From: Squalus acanthias
Lineage: Eukaryota
Length of the DNA: 64,000 bases
Assembly (NCBI GenBank): GCA_030390025.1
Contig: CM059432.1
Coordinates: forward strand, 120,096,001-120,160,000
Reading direction: 5' to 3'
In this document: positions 49,950-63,200 of the stretch, piece after piece
Layout of the letters: every line of letters starts with the position of its first letter
Position numbering within the stretch: position 1 is the stretch's first letter
Position numbers and translations under genes: made by a program
Notes under the pieces: generated by a model
Database searches by the model: none
What the model saw: only the letters and a program-made list of their open reading frames with translations
Told to the model about the DNA's origin: nothing

Positions 49950-50920
49950 CATAGTGAAAGAATGGATTTCCCTCTGGGGATTCCATTGCTTCTGTGCATT
50001 GAAGAAAAGGATATGGAGGAGGGAAGGATGGAAGCTAGGAGTGTGTGGGAGCATGCACCCAGGAATCACCCAACCCACAGGCATCCGTGCCTCATAGTCT
50101 ACTGATCACAAAGGATCTATCTGGAGCTTTCCTATAAGCAGTACCTGAGAGGGCTGAGATTTCCCCCGACACAATGACAGAGATATGTCAGCTGTTAGAC
50201 CCTTGCTTGCGGCCTCTTTTCACCAGGCGCACGGCACTGAACGTTTCTGCATCTGGATGCTTCCAGGCGGCCTCTGGCGACATGTGTCACATCAGTCAGT
50301 CGGCAGTCCGTCGTGGCATTAGACATGTAACAGATGCTGTCTTCAAGCATATTGCTGAGTTCATTCAGTTGCACATGAACCCAACACAGTAGAAAGAGAG
50401 GGCGAGAGAGCCATCAAATATTCCATGGTTGGATACTGACAAGTGTAGGGTGCCATTAATGCCACCCATGTGGCTAGAAGGGCCCTGTCTGAAAGCCTCA
50501 TCAGCTTCATGAACAGGAAGGGATTTAATTCTCTGACTGTCCAGACAGCCACCTCATTCTACATGTCAGTGCATGCTACCCAGGGATTAGCTATGATTCA
50601 TTTATTGTCAGGTAGTCCAGGATAACCGCACTGCTCAGGCACAGCAATGTGACAGGGTAGCTGATCAAAAATCAGGGGTATCTGCTATAGTCGAGGGTGA
50701 TGACACATTTTGGAATCCAGGGAATCAGGCCAAAAACAGATTGATCGAAGCCTTGGGCATATTAGGATCGTTGTAGAACAGACCATCGGCAATCTTAAAT
50801 CCTGTTTCTAGTGCCTGGACCGGTCAGAGGGAGCCATGAGGTCCAGTCCAAGAAAGGATTTCCAGAATTGTAGTGGATTGCTGCAAACTCCATAATTTGG
50901 CCATTACAAAGGGATTGGGC
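49950..50920 (+). pseudogene. Old Harbinger transposase relic
   Basis: ORF 50174..50392 (EICQLL..ALNVSASGCFQ..GDMCHISQSAV). NRKGFNSL and VEQTIG remnants lie downstream. Confidence 0.72.
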
Positions 50921-51762
50921 CTTTTAAAGTACAAAAGGTGAAGAGGAAGAAAAAAGCTTTGAGATGTAAACCCATTTAATTTCCACGGTTCAGAACTTAC
51001 TCTGTTTTACCAGATCCGACTGTCCAATTAGCACCTAAAAATGTCATGCCACACGTAAAAAAACCCTGCCTTTGTTCTGATTGTGGCTGTGTGGAGGGAA
51101 ATTCAGGGTGGGAAGAGAAAAGAGTGAGTGATAATTGAGAGAGCACCATCAGCGGTTCATATACTCTGCACAGCAACTTCACTATAGAGGGCAGATTTGG
51201 CTAAATCTGCGGTTCAGACTGTCTTTGGCTCTTTTCTCTCCCACTCCACCATCAGCTGAATAAGGAAATATGGAGGTTGGAAAGCAGTCCAATTCCTTTT
51301 CCAAAGGTTTGGAATAATCTAAACAGCTAACCATAAATCTATCAAGTTACAAAATCGATGAAAGTAGATGGCTAATTTCATATGGGGGTAGTGGGGGGGG
51401 GGGGGTGATTTTCACCCACTCCACTTGGCAGGAGTGGAGTAGCTGCATGGTTAAGTCACCTCCAAAAACGTTCCACCCCTTCCCACTCCATTCCCACCCA
51501 CCAACGCTTTAACTGGGCCCTTCTTTTAGGTAGCTGAGGCACCGAGGCAGGAGACTCATTAATATATGCAAACCTGAGTCCTATGATGTCACGAGGACCT
51601 CGATGGCATTGTACCTGCTGACTGAGCAGGACACGCTCTGAGGCTGCCCCATTCAGTAAAATCTGTCGGAGCAGAACTGGAGGCCTGAGAAGGTAAGTTT
51701 TCAACATCCTTATGATGAGCAGGACTGATCCACCAGACTCCACAAGGAAAGTCTGAGCCTCT

Positions 51763-52302
51763 AAAATAAAATAAAAACAGAAAATGCTGGAAATACTCAG
51801 CAGGTCAGGCAGCATCTTTAGAGAGAGAAACAGAGTTAATGTTTCAGGTCGATGACCCTTCGTCAGAACTGGAAAAAAGTTAGAGATGTAACAGATTTTT
51901 AAGCAACTGTAGGGGCAGGGAAAGGGGGGAGGGGAGGAAAGAACAAAAGGGAAGGTGTGTGATAGGATGGAAGGCAGGAGAGATTAAAAGACAAAAGGTG
52001 CGAGGCAAAAGGAGATGGTAATGGGACAAGTTAAGAAACAAAAGATGACTCTAGATGAGGTGTAAATGGCAATAGCAGAATCATTAACAGCTGCCATGTG
52101 AGAGAAAAAAAAGAAAAGAGAAAAAAAATTATAGGGGCCGAGGTTATAGTCTGAAATTGTTGAACTCGATGTTGAGTCCAGAAGGCTGTAAAGTGCCTAA
52201 TCGAAAGATGAGGTGCTGTTCCTCAAGCTTACATTGAGCTTCATTGGAACAGTGTAAGAGGCCGAGGACGGAGAGGTCAGAGTGGGAGTGGAGCAGAGAA
52301 TT
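51763..52302 (-). mobile_element. Penelope 3' fragment with terminal repeat and hammerhead core (51834-51870)
   Basis: 15-bp TSD AAAGTCTGAGCCTCT (51748-51762, 52303-52317). Homologous to 24460-24928. Confidence 0.85.
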
Positions 52303-52644
52303 AAAGTCTGAGCCTCTGCTGCCCTGAGCTCTCCCCTCCTCCCACCCACTAGACCCTGCCTCAACCCCCTCCCATACATCTTATCTGAGTGCAAGTGGTC
52401 GCCCTCTGGGCCATCTGATCTTTGCCTGCCGGCTGATGGCCATCTGCCTCTTTACATTTTGGGAAAGCTGCTGGCTGGCAGGATGTAAATGACACCCAGG
52501 AGTTAGAATAGCTCAGGCCTCAACTGAATGCCTTCAGGGAGTTTGTAACTTGATAGCTTTATGGTTGCTGTTTAAATTATTCCAAAATTATTCCAAAAGT
52601 TTTGAAAAGCAATTGTATTGCTTTCCAACTTCCATATTTCCTTA

Positions 52645-52863
52645 ATAAAAACAGAAAATGCTGGAAACACTCAGCAGGTCAGGCAGCATCTGTAGAGAGA
52701 GAAACAGAGTTAACGTTTCAGGTCGATGACCCTTCGTCAGAACTAACAACCTGAAACGTTAACTCTACTTCTCTCGCTACAGATGCTGCCTGACCTGCTG
52801 AGTATTTCCAGCATTTTCTGTTTTTATTTCAGATTTCCAGCACCGCAGTATTTTGCTTTTGTA
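52645..52863. mobile_element. Penelope terminal-repeat hairpin insertion (219 bp)
   Basis: Arms ~52645-52723 and ~52749-52828. 15-bp TSD TTCCATATTTCCTTA (52630-52644, 52864-52878). Confidence 0.88.
52708..52744 (-). ncRNA. Minimal type I hammerhead ribozyme
   Basis: Minus strand AGTT-CTGACGA-AG-GGTC-ATC-GACC-T-GAAA-CGTT-AACT. Confidence 0.7.
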
Positions 52864-53239
52864 TTCCATATTTCCTTATTCAGCTGATGGTCAAAAGAGT
52901 CAAAGACAGTCTGGACCACAGACTTAGCCAAATCTGCCCTCTATAGTGAAATTGCTGTGCAGAGTATATGAACCGCTGATGGTGCTCTCCCAATTATCAC
53001 TCACTCTTTCTCTTCCCACCCTGAATTTTCCTCCACACAGCCACCGTGACATCTAAGGCAGGATTTTTTTTATGTGGGGGCATGAAATTTTTAGGTGCTA
53101 ATTGGTAAATCAGTGTAAGATCTGAACCATGGAAATTAAATGGATTTGCATCCCAATGCTTTTGTCTTCCTATTCACCCTCTGTACTTATAAAGACTCAT
53201 TAATAGTACCATTCCGTTCAAATCTAAGGACACCATTCT

Positions 53240-53964
53240 GTCATTACACAGCTTCTTGGTTAGACTACATCTGGAGAATCTTGCCCAGTTTTGGTCCCCC
53301 TAAATGGTGGGTGATATAGTGGCCTTGGAAAGCGTTCAGAGGAGAGCTACGAGAAAGATTCCGATCTTAAAGAACCTTAGTTACGCAGATAGGCTTCTGG
53401 AAATGGGTCTATTTGCTTTAGAGCAGTGTAGACTTAGTGACGACCTGATAGAGGTCTGCAAAATAATTAAAGGGCGCGATAGAGTTCCTATTGATAAACT
53501 ATTCCAGTTTAACAAATTGGGGAGGACCAAGGGACATGCGTTTAAACTATGCAGAAGTAGGAAAAGACTGGATGTTAGGCAGTTCTTCTTTTCCCAGAGG
53601 GTAGTGAGCCTCTGGAATGCATTGCCAGCTGGTGTGGTGGGTACTGACTCTCTCTATCGATTCAAGAGTGAGCTGGACTTGTTCTTGACTGGGACAGAGA
53701 TCGCATCATGTAAACGATAAGTGGTCCACGTGATCTCCTGGATTGGTTTTGATCGTCTCAAGGGGATCAGGGAGGAATTTTCCAGAATATTTTTTTCCCT
53801 TACTAGCCCATGGCTTTTCTCTGTTTTTTTCCCCCTCTTCATGAGATTACATGGCTGTGGGGTGTAGGGAGTTCCTAGTCATGATGCTCCAGCCATCAAG
53901 AGGGTGGAGCTGGCTTGATGGACCAGCTGGTCTTTTTCTGCCCGTCATTTTCGTATGTTCGTAT
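53240..53964 (+). mobile_element. CR1 3' fragment
   Basis: ORF 53304..53720 (LESVQRRATR..FFSQRVV), with a TTCGTATG-type tail. Confidence 0.85.
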
Positions 53965-54024
53965 ATAAATAGAGTGGGAAGCAGTTAGAGGAAGAAATGC
54001 CACCGGACATTGTTCTTTAAAATT

Positions 54025-55010
54025 TGTTTATGGAATGTGGGCATTGCTGGCAAGGCCAGCATTTATTGCCCATCTCTAATTGCCCTTGAGAAGGTGGTGG
54101 TGAGCCACCTTCTTGAACTGCTGCAGTGCGTGTGGTGAAGGTACTCCCACAGTGCTTTTAGATAGGGAGTTCCAGGATTTTGACCCAGCGACGATGAAGG
54201 ATCGGTGATATACTTCTAAGTCAGGATAGTGTGTGACGTGGAGGGGAACTTGGAGGTGGTGGTGTTCCCATGCGCCTGCTGCCCTTGTCCTTCTAGATGG
54301 AAGAGATTGCGGATTTGGGAGGTGCTGCCGAAGAATCCTTGACGAGTTGCTGGCATCTTGTGGCTGGTAAACACTGCAGCCACGGTATGCCGGTGGTGGA
54401 GGGAGTGAATGTTTAAGGTGGTGGATGGGATGCCAATCAAGCGGGATGCTTTGTCCTGGATGGTGTCGAGCTTCTTGAATGTTGTTGGAGCTGCACTCAT
54501 CCAGGCAAGTGGAGAGTATTCCCTCACACTCCTTACTTGTGCCTTGTGGATGGTGGCAAGGCTTTAAGGAGTCAGGAGGTGAGACACTCGCCGCAGAATA
54601 CCCAGCCTCTGACCTGCTCTTGTTGCCACAGTATTTATGTGGCTGGTCCAGTTAAGTTACTGGTCAATGGTGACACCCAGGATGTTGATGGTGGGGGATT
54701 CAGCGATGGTAATGCCATTGAATGTGAAGGGGCTGTAGTCATTGCCTGGCACTTGTGTGGCGTGAATGTTACCTGCCACTTATCAGCCCAAGCCTGAACA
54801 TCGTCCAGGTCTTGTTGCATGCGGGCATGGACTGCTTCATTATCTGAGGAGTTGTGAATGGCACTGAACACTGTGCAGTCATCAGCGAACATCTCCATTT
54901 CTGACCTTATGTTGGAGGGAAGGTCATTGATGAAACAGCTGAAGATGGTTGGGCCTAGGATACTGCCCTGAGGAACTCCTGCAGCGATGCCCTGGGGCTG
55001 TGATGATTGA
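54025..55010 (-). mobile_element. LINE RT 3' fragment of a further CR1/L2-group family
   Basis: GVPQGSILGP near 54955-54982, then MFADDCT, WADKWQVTF and EYSPLAW. Confidence 0.8.
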
Positions 55011-57213
55011 TAACGGCTTACAAACGTTGAGGACTGGGCACTTAATATTTAAGGATACAAGGTGTTCAGAAAAGATAGGGAAGGAAAAAAGGGAGATGCG
55101 GTGGCAGTGCTGATTAAGGAAGACTTTGTAGTGTTGGAAAGGGAGGATGTTCTTGAGGGGACAAGGACAGAATCCATTTTGTTAGAGTTGAAGAGCAAAA
55201 ATGGTATGATCACGCTATTGGGGGTATTCTATAGGCCTTCAAATACTGAGAAGGGGCTAGAGGAGCAAATTTGCAGGGAAATCGCAGAGATATGCAAGAG
55301 CGATAGAGTGGCGATATTGGGGGACTTTAATTACCCAAATATCAATTGGGATAATGCTAGGTTAAAGGGAAAGGAGGGGGACGAATTTCTGAAAACTGTT
55401 CAGAAGAATTTCCTTGACCAGTATGTTCTTGGCCCAACTAGGAAGGAGGCATTGCTGGATCTGGTGCTGGGGAATGAGGTGGGCCAGCTCGACCAAGTGT
55501 CTGTGGGAGAATGAGTGATCATCGTATCATAAGATTTAGATTAGCAATGGAGAGGAGCAAGGAAAAATCTAGAGCGGAACTTCTAATCTGGAATAGGGCT
55601 AACTTCAATGGGATGCGAAAGGATCTAACCAGGGTAAACTGGAACCAAAGACTGACAGGAAAAACTGTAATGGAACAATGGATGATCTTTAAGGAGGAGA
55701 TGTTCCAAGTACAGGCTAGGTACATTCCAACAAGAGGGAAGGGTAAGGGAACCAAAGCAAGGGCTCCTTGGATGATGGGGGAGATAGAGAAGATGATGAA
55801 ACAAAAAAGAGGGTATATGATGCATGTCAGGAGAATTCTTTAAGGGAGAACCAGACCAAATACAATAAGTTGAGAGGGGAAGTGAAGATGAAAATAAGAT
55901 TGGCAAAGAGAGAATATGAGTGTAGAATGGTGGTTAACATAAAAGGAAATCCAAAAATCTTCTACTGGCATGTTAGTAGTAAGCAGGTAGTAAGAGGTGG
56001 GGTGGGGCCTATTAGGGACAAAAAAGCTGATATATGCTTAGAGGCGCAGGGCAAGGCTAGAATACTCAATGAGTACTTTATATCGGTATTTACTAAGGTG
56101 GTGGATGCTGACAAAGTTTCGGTAGAAGTGGAAAAGTTAGAAGCAATGGAAGGGGTGAAAATTGATAGACATGATGAACTAGAGAGGCTGGGTATGCTTA
56201 GAGTGGGCAAGTCGCCTGGTCCAGATGGCTTGCATCCCAGGTTGCTAAGGGAATTGCGGGAGGAGATAGCAGAATGGCTTGCCATAATTTTCCAATCTTC
56301 CCTAGATGCGGGGGAGGTGCCTGAGGATTGGAAAGTGGCAAATGTGACACCATTGTTCAAGAAAGGGTGTAAGGACAATTCTAGTAACTACAGGTCGGTC
56401 AGTTTAACATCAGTGGTGGGTAAAGTTTTAGAAACAATAATCAAGGAAAAAATTAACGGGCACTTGGAGAGGTTTAAGCTAATTAAGGAGCGCCAACACG
56501 GATTTGTAAAAGGCAGATCATGTTTGACAAATCTAATTGAATTTTTGATGAAGTAACAGGAAAGATCGATGATGGGAATGCAATGGATGTTGTCTACATG
56601 GATTTTAGGAAGGCATTTGACAAAGTGCCACATAGAAGGCTGGTTAACAAAATTGAGGCTCATGGAATAGGTGGTCCAGTGGTAGCTTGGATAACGAATT
56701 GACTTAAGGACAGAAAACAATGAGTTGTGTTAAATGGCTGTTTTTCAGACTGGAGGATGGAAGATAGTGGTGTTCCCCAAGGCTCAGTGCTGAGGCCACT
56801 GCATTTTTTGATATATATATAAATGACCTGGATATTGGAATACAGAATAGAATTTCTAAATTTACCGATGACACAAAACTTGGGGGTGTGGCAAACAGTG
56901 ATGATGATACAATCGACTGCAACAGGACATAGAAAGGCTAGCAGAATGGGCAGACAAGTGGCAGATGGAATTTAATACAGAGAAGTGTGAGATTATGCAT
57001 TTTAGCAGAAGGAACAGGGAGAGGCAATATACACTTAATGGCACAGTTTTAAAGAGTGTGCAGGGACACAGGAACCTGGGAGTTAATGTGCATAGGTCCC
57101 TGAAGGTGGCAGGACATATTGAGAGAGTGGTTAACAAAGCATATGGGATCTTGGGTTTCATAAATAGAGGTATTGAGTACAAAAGTAGAGAAGGTATGCT
57201 GAACCTTTATAAA

Positions 57214-59220
57214 AATGAGAAGTCGCACAACACCAGGTTATAGTCCAACAGATTTATTTAATTTTACAAGCTTTCGGAGCGGCTGCTCCTTCGTCAGGTA
57301 AGTTTAGCAGTGAGAGAATCTCCCAGAAATCACAATTTAAACACAGACAAAATATATTCAAATCTTTCCCACATCAAAGAGCATAGCCAAGACAATGAGA
57401 TGTGTCCCAGGGGGTCCAACGTGTCAAACCACCTGCTGGCTGCATATCCTGTCAATCTGTGTAGGTTCTTGTGTTAGCCTTTTTTAAAAAAAACACCTGG
57501 GAAGACCGGCCATGATGTCAAGTCACGTTCTGTATCGTGACATGAACCCGATATCGCGATTGAGGCCCTCCTCATGAGTGCGGAACTTGGCTATCAGTTT
57601 CTGCTCTATGATTTTGCGCTGTCGTGTATTTCGAAGGCCGCCTTGGAGAACGCTTACCCGCATATCCGAGGCTGAATGCCCCTGGCTGCTGAAGTGTTCC
57701 CCGACTGGGAGGCAACCCTCCTGCCTGGCGATTGTTGCGCGGTGTCCGTTCATACGTTGTCTCAGTGTCTGCATGGTCTCGCCGATGTACCATGCTCTGG
57801 AGCATCCTTTACTGCAACGTATCAGGTAGACAACGTTGGCCGAGTCACATGAGTATGTACCGTGTACCTGGTGGGTAGTGTCCTCACGTGTGATGATGGT
57901 ATCTGTGTCCATGATTTGGCATGTCTTGCAGAGGTTGCCGTGGCAGGGTTGTGTGGTGTCTTGGTTGCTGTTCGCCTGAAAGATGGGTAATCTGCTGCGA
58001 ACGATGGTACTTTTGAGGTTAGGCGGCTGCTTGAAGGCGAGTAGTGGAGGCGTGGGGATGGCCTTAGCAAGGTGTTCGTCGTCATCGATGACATGTTGAA
58101 GGCTGCGAAGAACATGGCGTAGTTTTTCCGCTCCGGGGAAGTACTGGACGACGTAGGGTACTCTGTTCCGACGGGCCACAGCGAAAAACCGCATAGACCT
58201 CCTCAGAAGACGAACACGGGACACAACCAACAGAGTACCCTACGTCGTCCAGTACTTCCCCGGAGCGGAAAAACTACGCCATGTTCTTCGCAGCCTTCAA
58301 CATGTCATCGATGACGACGAACACCTTGCTAAGGCCATCCCCACGCCTCCACTACTCGCCTTCAAGCAGCCGCCTAACCTCAAAAGTACCATCGTTCGCA
58401 GCAGATTACCCATCTTTCAGGCGAACAGCAACCAAGACACCACACAACCCTGCCACGGCAACCTCTGCAAGACATGCCAAATCATGGACACAGATACCAT
58501 CATCACACGTGAGGACACTACCCACCAGGTACACGGTACATACTCATGTGACTCGGCCAACGTTGTCTACCTGATACGTTGCAGTAAAGGATGCTCCAGA
58601 GCATGGTACATCAGCGAGACCATGCAGACACTGAGACAACGTATGAACGGACACCGCGCAACAATCGCCAGGCAGGAGGGTTGCCTCCCAGTCGGGGAAC
58701 ACTTCAGCAGCCAGGGGCATTCAGCCTCGGATATGCGGGTAAGCGTTCTCCAAGGCGGCCTTCGAAATACACGACAGCGCAAAATCATAGAGCAGAAACT
58801 GATAGCCAAGTTCCGCACTCATGAGGAGGGCCTCAATCGCGATATCGGGTTCATGTCACGATACAGAACGTGACTTGACATCATGGCCGGTCTTCCCAGG
58901 TGTTTTTTTTAAAAAAGGCTAACACAAGAACCTACACAGATTGACAGGATATGCAGCCAGCAGGTGGTTTGACACGTTGGACCCCCTGGGACACATCTCA
59001 TTGTCTTGGCTATGCTCTTTGATGTGGGAAAGATTTGAATATATTTTGTCTGTGTTTAAATTGTGATTTCTGGGAGATTCTCTCACTGCTAAACTTACCT
59101 GACGAAGGAGCAGCCGCTCCGAAAGCTTGTAAAATTAAATAAATCTGTTGGACTATAACCTGGTGTTGTGTGACTTCTCATTTTTGTCCACCCCAGTCCA
59201 ACGCCGGCATCTCCACATCA
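57214..59220. mobile_element. Penelope-like element (second family) as inverted duplication: GIY-YIG C-terminus plus terminal repeat on both strands
   Basis: 957-bp arms at 57211-58167 and 58229-59185. Motif NVVYLIRC..WYIGET..GLN. 13-bp TSD GAACCTTTATAAA (57201-57213, 59221-59233). Confidence 0.93.
59095..59132 (+). ncRNA. Minimal type I hammerhead ribozyme (mirror copy 57264-57301, minus strand)
   Basis: TTAC-CTGACGA-A-GGAGC-AGCC-GCTCC-GAAA-GCTT-GTAA. Confidence 0.75.
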
Positions 59221-60270
59221 GAACCTTTATAAAGCACTGGTTAGGCCACAACTGGAGTATTGGTTCCAGTTCTGGTTACCACACATTAGGAAGGATGTGA
59301 AGGCCCTTGAGAGGGTGCAGAGGAGATTTACCAGAATGGTTCCGGGGATGAGGGATGTTAGCTATAAGGACAGGTTGGAGAAGCTGGATTTGTTTTCATT
59401 AGAGCAAAGGAGGTTGAGGGGTGATTTGATAGAAGTGTACAAGATTATTATGGGTTTGGATAGGCTAGACGGGGAAAGGCTGTTCCCACTAGTTGATGGT
59501 ACAAGATCTAGGGGACACAGATTTAAGGTTTTGGGCAAGAGATACAGGGGGGATGTGAAGAAAAACTTTTTTACGCAGCGAGTGGTGAGGACCTGGAACT
59601 CGCTGCCGACAGAAGTGGTGGAAGCGGAGACACTCAATGTTTTCAAGGGGAGACTGGATAGGCACTTGAGGGAAATAAACTTGCACGGCTACGGATTGGA
59701 TTTGTCCTGCTTTTTGTGGACAGGACATACCTAGGCAGTTTCCCACATTGTCGGATAGATGCCAGCATTGTAGCTGTACTGGAACAGTTTTGCTAGAGGC
59801 GCGGCTAGTTCTGGAGCCCAAGTCTTCAGCAACCAACTCTAAATATAAACATAAAGATGTTTTAAAAGAAAATTGGCAATGAAAATGAACGGATGGAAAA
59901 TTGAGCTGTGCGTGATGCACTGCCTGTGAGTGCCACTCCTTACTGGCAGTGTGTAGTCAGTTATTATATTTAATGACCTGAGTATTATTTTTAGATTTGG
60001 ATTCGGAATTACATACGATAGGAGTAAATGGGTTGTGATTCAATATATTGGATTTTTAGTCTTGGGACAAGTTTTCATTTTTCTGGGGTTGACTGCACCA
60101 CATTGAGTTTGGCAATGATTTATTCCATTCACTCTCAACGTACAGAAATCCTGAGCCAAGTGCACACTATTTGGAAATTAATGATATAGAAATCTTGAGT
60201 CAAGCAAATCATTACTTGAAAATTAATTGTGCATTTATCAATGTTCAGCTGATTTAGTTCTAAGGGATGA

Positions 60271-63200
60271 AACATCGAAACATCGAAACATAGAAGATAG
60301 GAGCAGGAGTAGGCCATTCGGCCCCTCGAGCCTGCTCCGCCATTCAATGTGATCATGGCTGATCATCCAAATTCAATACCCTGTCCCTGCTTTCTCCCCA
60401 TATCCCTTGATCCCCTTAGCCTTAAGAAATATATCTAACTCCTTCTTGAATCTATTTAATGAATTGGCATCAACTGCCTTCTGTGGTAGAGAATTCCACA
60501 GGTTCACCACTCTCTGGGTGAAGAAATTCCTCCTCATCTCAGTCCTAAATGGCTTACCCCTTATCCTTAGACTGTGACCCCTGGTTCTGGACTCCCCCGC
60601 CATCGGGAACAGCCTTCCTGCATCTAGTCTGTCTAGTCCTGTTAGAATTTTATAAGTTTCAATGAGATCCCCTCTCATTCTTCTAAACTCTAGCGACTAT
60701 AAGCTTAATCGACCCAATCTCTCTTCATAGATCATTAGTGCCATCCCAGGTATCAGTCTGGTGAATCTTCGCTGCACTCCCTCCATGGCAAGAACATCCT
60801 TCCTCAGATAAGGCGACCAAAACTGCACACAATACTCTCACCAAGGCCCTGTACAACTGCAGCAAGACATCCTTGCTCCTGTACTCGAATCCTCTCGCTA
60901 TGGAGGCCAACATGCCATTTGCCTTCTTAACCGTCTGCTGCACCTGCATGCTTACCTTCAGTGACTGGTGCACAAGGACACCCAGGTCTCATTGCACTTC
61001 CCCTTTTCCCAATCTATTGCCGTTCAGATAATAATCTGCCTTCCCGTTTTTGCCACCAAAGTGGATAACCTCGCATTTATCCACATTATACTGCATCTGC
61101 CATGCATCTGCCCAATCACCCAACCTGTCCAAATCATACTGGAGTTTCTCTGCATCCTCCTCACAGCACACACACCCACCCAGCTTTGTGTCGTCTGCAA
61201 ACTTGGAGATTTTACATCTAGTTCCCTCGTCTAGATCATTAATATATATTGTGAATAACTGGGGTCTAGCACCGATCCCTGCGGTACCCCACTAGTCACT
61301 GCCTGCCAATCGGAAAAAGACCTGTTTATTCCAACTCTTTGCTTCCTGTCTGCCAACCAGTTCTCTATCCAAGTCAGTACCTTACCCCCAATCCCATGTG
61401 CTTTAACTTTGCATGCTAATCTCTTATGCGGGACCTTATCGAAAGCCTTCTGAAAGTCCAAATACACCTCATCCACTGATTCTCCCTTATCTATTCTACC
61501 AGTTGCATCCTCAAAAAATTCCAGTAGATTAGTCAAGCATGATTTACCTTTTGTAAATCCATGTTGACTTTGTCCGATCCTGTCACTGTTTTCCAAGTGT
61601 TCTGCTATTACATCTTTTACAATGGACTCTAGCATTTTCCCCACTACCGATGTCAGGCTTACTGGTCTATAATTCCCCGTTTTCTCTCTTCCACCTTTTT
61701 AAAATAGTGGCGTTACATTAGCTACCCTCCAATCCATGGGAACTGTTCCAGAGTCTATAGAATTTTGGAAGATGACCAGCAATGCATCTACTATTTCTCG
61801 GGCCACTTCCTGAAGTACCCTAGGATGTAGATTATCAGGCCCTGGGGATTTATTGGCCTTCAATCCCATCAATTTCCCTCACACCATTTCCCTACAAATA
61901 CTGATTTCATTCAGTTCCTCCCTCTCATTAGACCCTATGTTCCCCGACATCTCTGGGAGTTTATTTGTGTCCTCCTTTGTGAAGACAGAACCAAAGAATG
62001 TATTTAATTGTTCTGCCATTTCTTTGTTCCCCATTATAAATTCCCCTGATTCTGACTTCACCAATCTTTTTCTCTTCACATATCTATAGAAGCTTTTACA
62101 GTCAATTTTTATGTTCCCTGCAAGCTTACTCTCATGCTCTATTTTCCCCCTCTTAATTAATCCCTTTGTCCTCCTTTGCTGAATCCTAAACTGCTCCCAA
62201 TCCTCAGGTTTGCTGCTTTTTCTGGCCAATTTATATGTCCTCTCCTTGGATCTTATGCTATCCCTAATTTTCCTTGTTAGTCACGGTTGAGTCACCTTTT
62301 TTGTTTTATTTTTATGCCAAACAGGGATGAACAAATTCTGTAGTTCATCCATGCGATCTTTAAATGTTTGCCATTGCCTATCCACCATCAACCCTTTAAG
62401 TAACATTCCCCAATCCATCCTAGCCAACTCGCGCCTCATACCATCGTAGTTTCCTTTATTTAAATTCAGTACCCTAGTCTCTGAGTCAACTATTACTTCA
62501 CTCTCCATCTTAATGAAGAATTCTATCATATTGGGCCGAAAATTGATCCCGCGACGCGAGAGTACGCACTGCGTACTCTCGCGTATTCCCACTCCAATTG
62601 CCGGTTTTCTGCATGCCCTGCGCATGCGCTGAAAACCGGCAATTGCTCTTCCGAAAAGGGGGCGTGGCTTGAGTGCATCGCGTGCGCGCTACAGGCTGCG
62701 CGCACGCTGTGCACTTCATGCTTTGGACGCGCAGGTAAGTAGGGAAGATTTTGGAAATGTAAAAAGGAGGAGTAAGACCCGCTTTTAAGAAGGTAAGTAG
62801 TGAATTAAGTATTTTTTTGAATTTTTTTTTACAGGTATATCTTTTTTATAGACTTTAAAGACAGGTAAGTTTATTTTTATAACTTTTTAAAAGATTTTAA
62901 ATTTTTTCAAAAATTTAATTTTTTATTTAAAATGGTTAATTTAATTAACTATACTTATTTTATTAATGTGATGGGGTTTTTTTTAAATTTAATTGAGGTT
63001 TAGCTGTTATTTTGGGGGGGTGTAAGATTCATAAGTCTCACAGCCATGCTGTGAGACTTATGAATGGAAGATGGTGTGCTGCCATTGGCTCTAACTGAGT
63101 CACGTGATCCCACAGCTCGCACGAATTAACTACGCCGCTGGGATACGCAAGCCCAGCACAGCTGATGTCTGGAACATCAATTTCGTGCGAGCTGGATCAG

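Larger units (their letters stand above)
50926..53189. repeat. ~430-bp diverged inverted repeat (arms ~50926-51354 and ~52541-53189)
   Basis: For example, GAGAGCACCATCAGCGGTTCATATACTCTGCACAGCAA (~51140-51177) is mirrored at ~52952-52989. Confidence 0.85.
55010..59700 (+). mobile_element. CR1 LINE ORF2 (APE-RT) interrupted by a Penelope palindrome
   Basis: ORFs 55062..55514, 55768..56556, 56965..57243 and 59297..59734. Confidence 0.9.

Noticed and set aside
57523..58230. 235-aa intact GIY-YIG gene
   Set aside because: The N-terminus reads antisense through the palindrome spacer; it is a truncated Penelope ORF.
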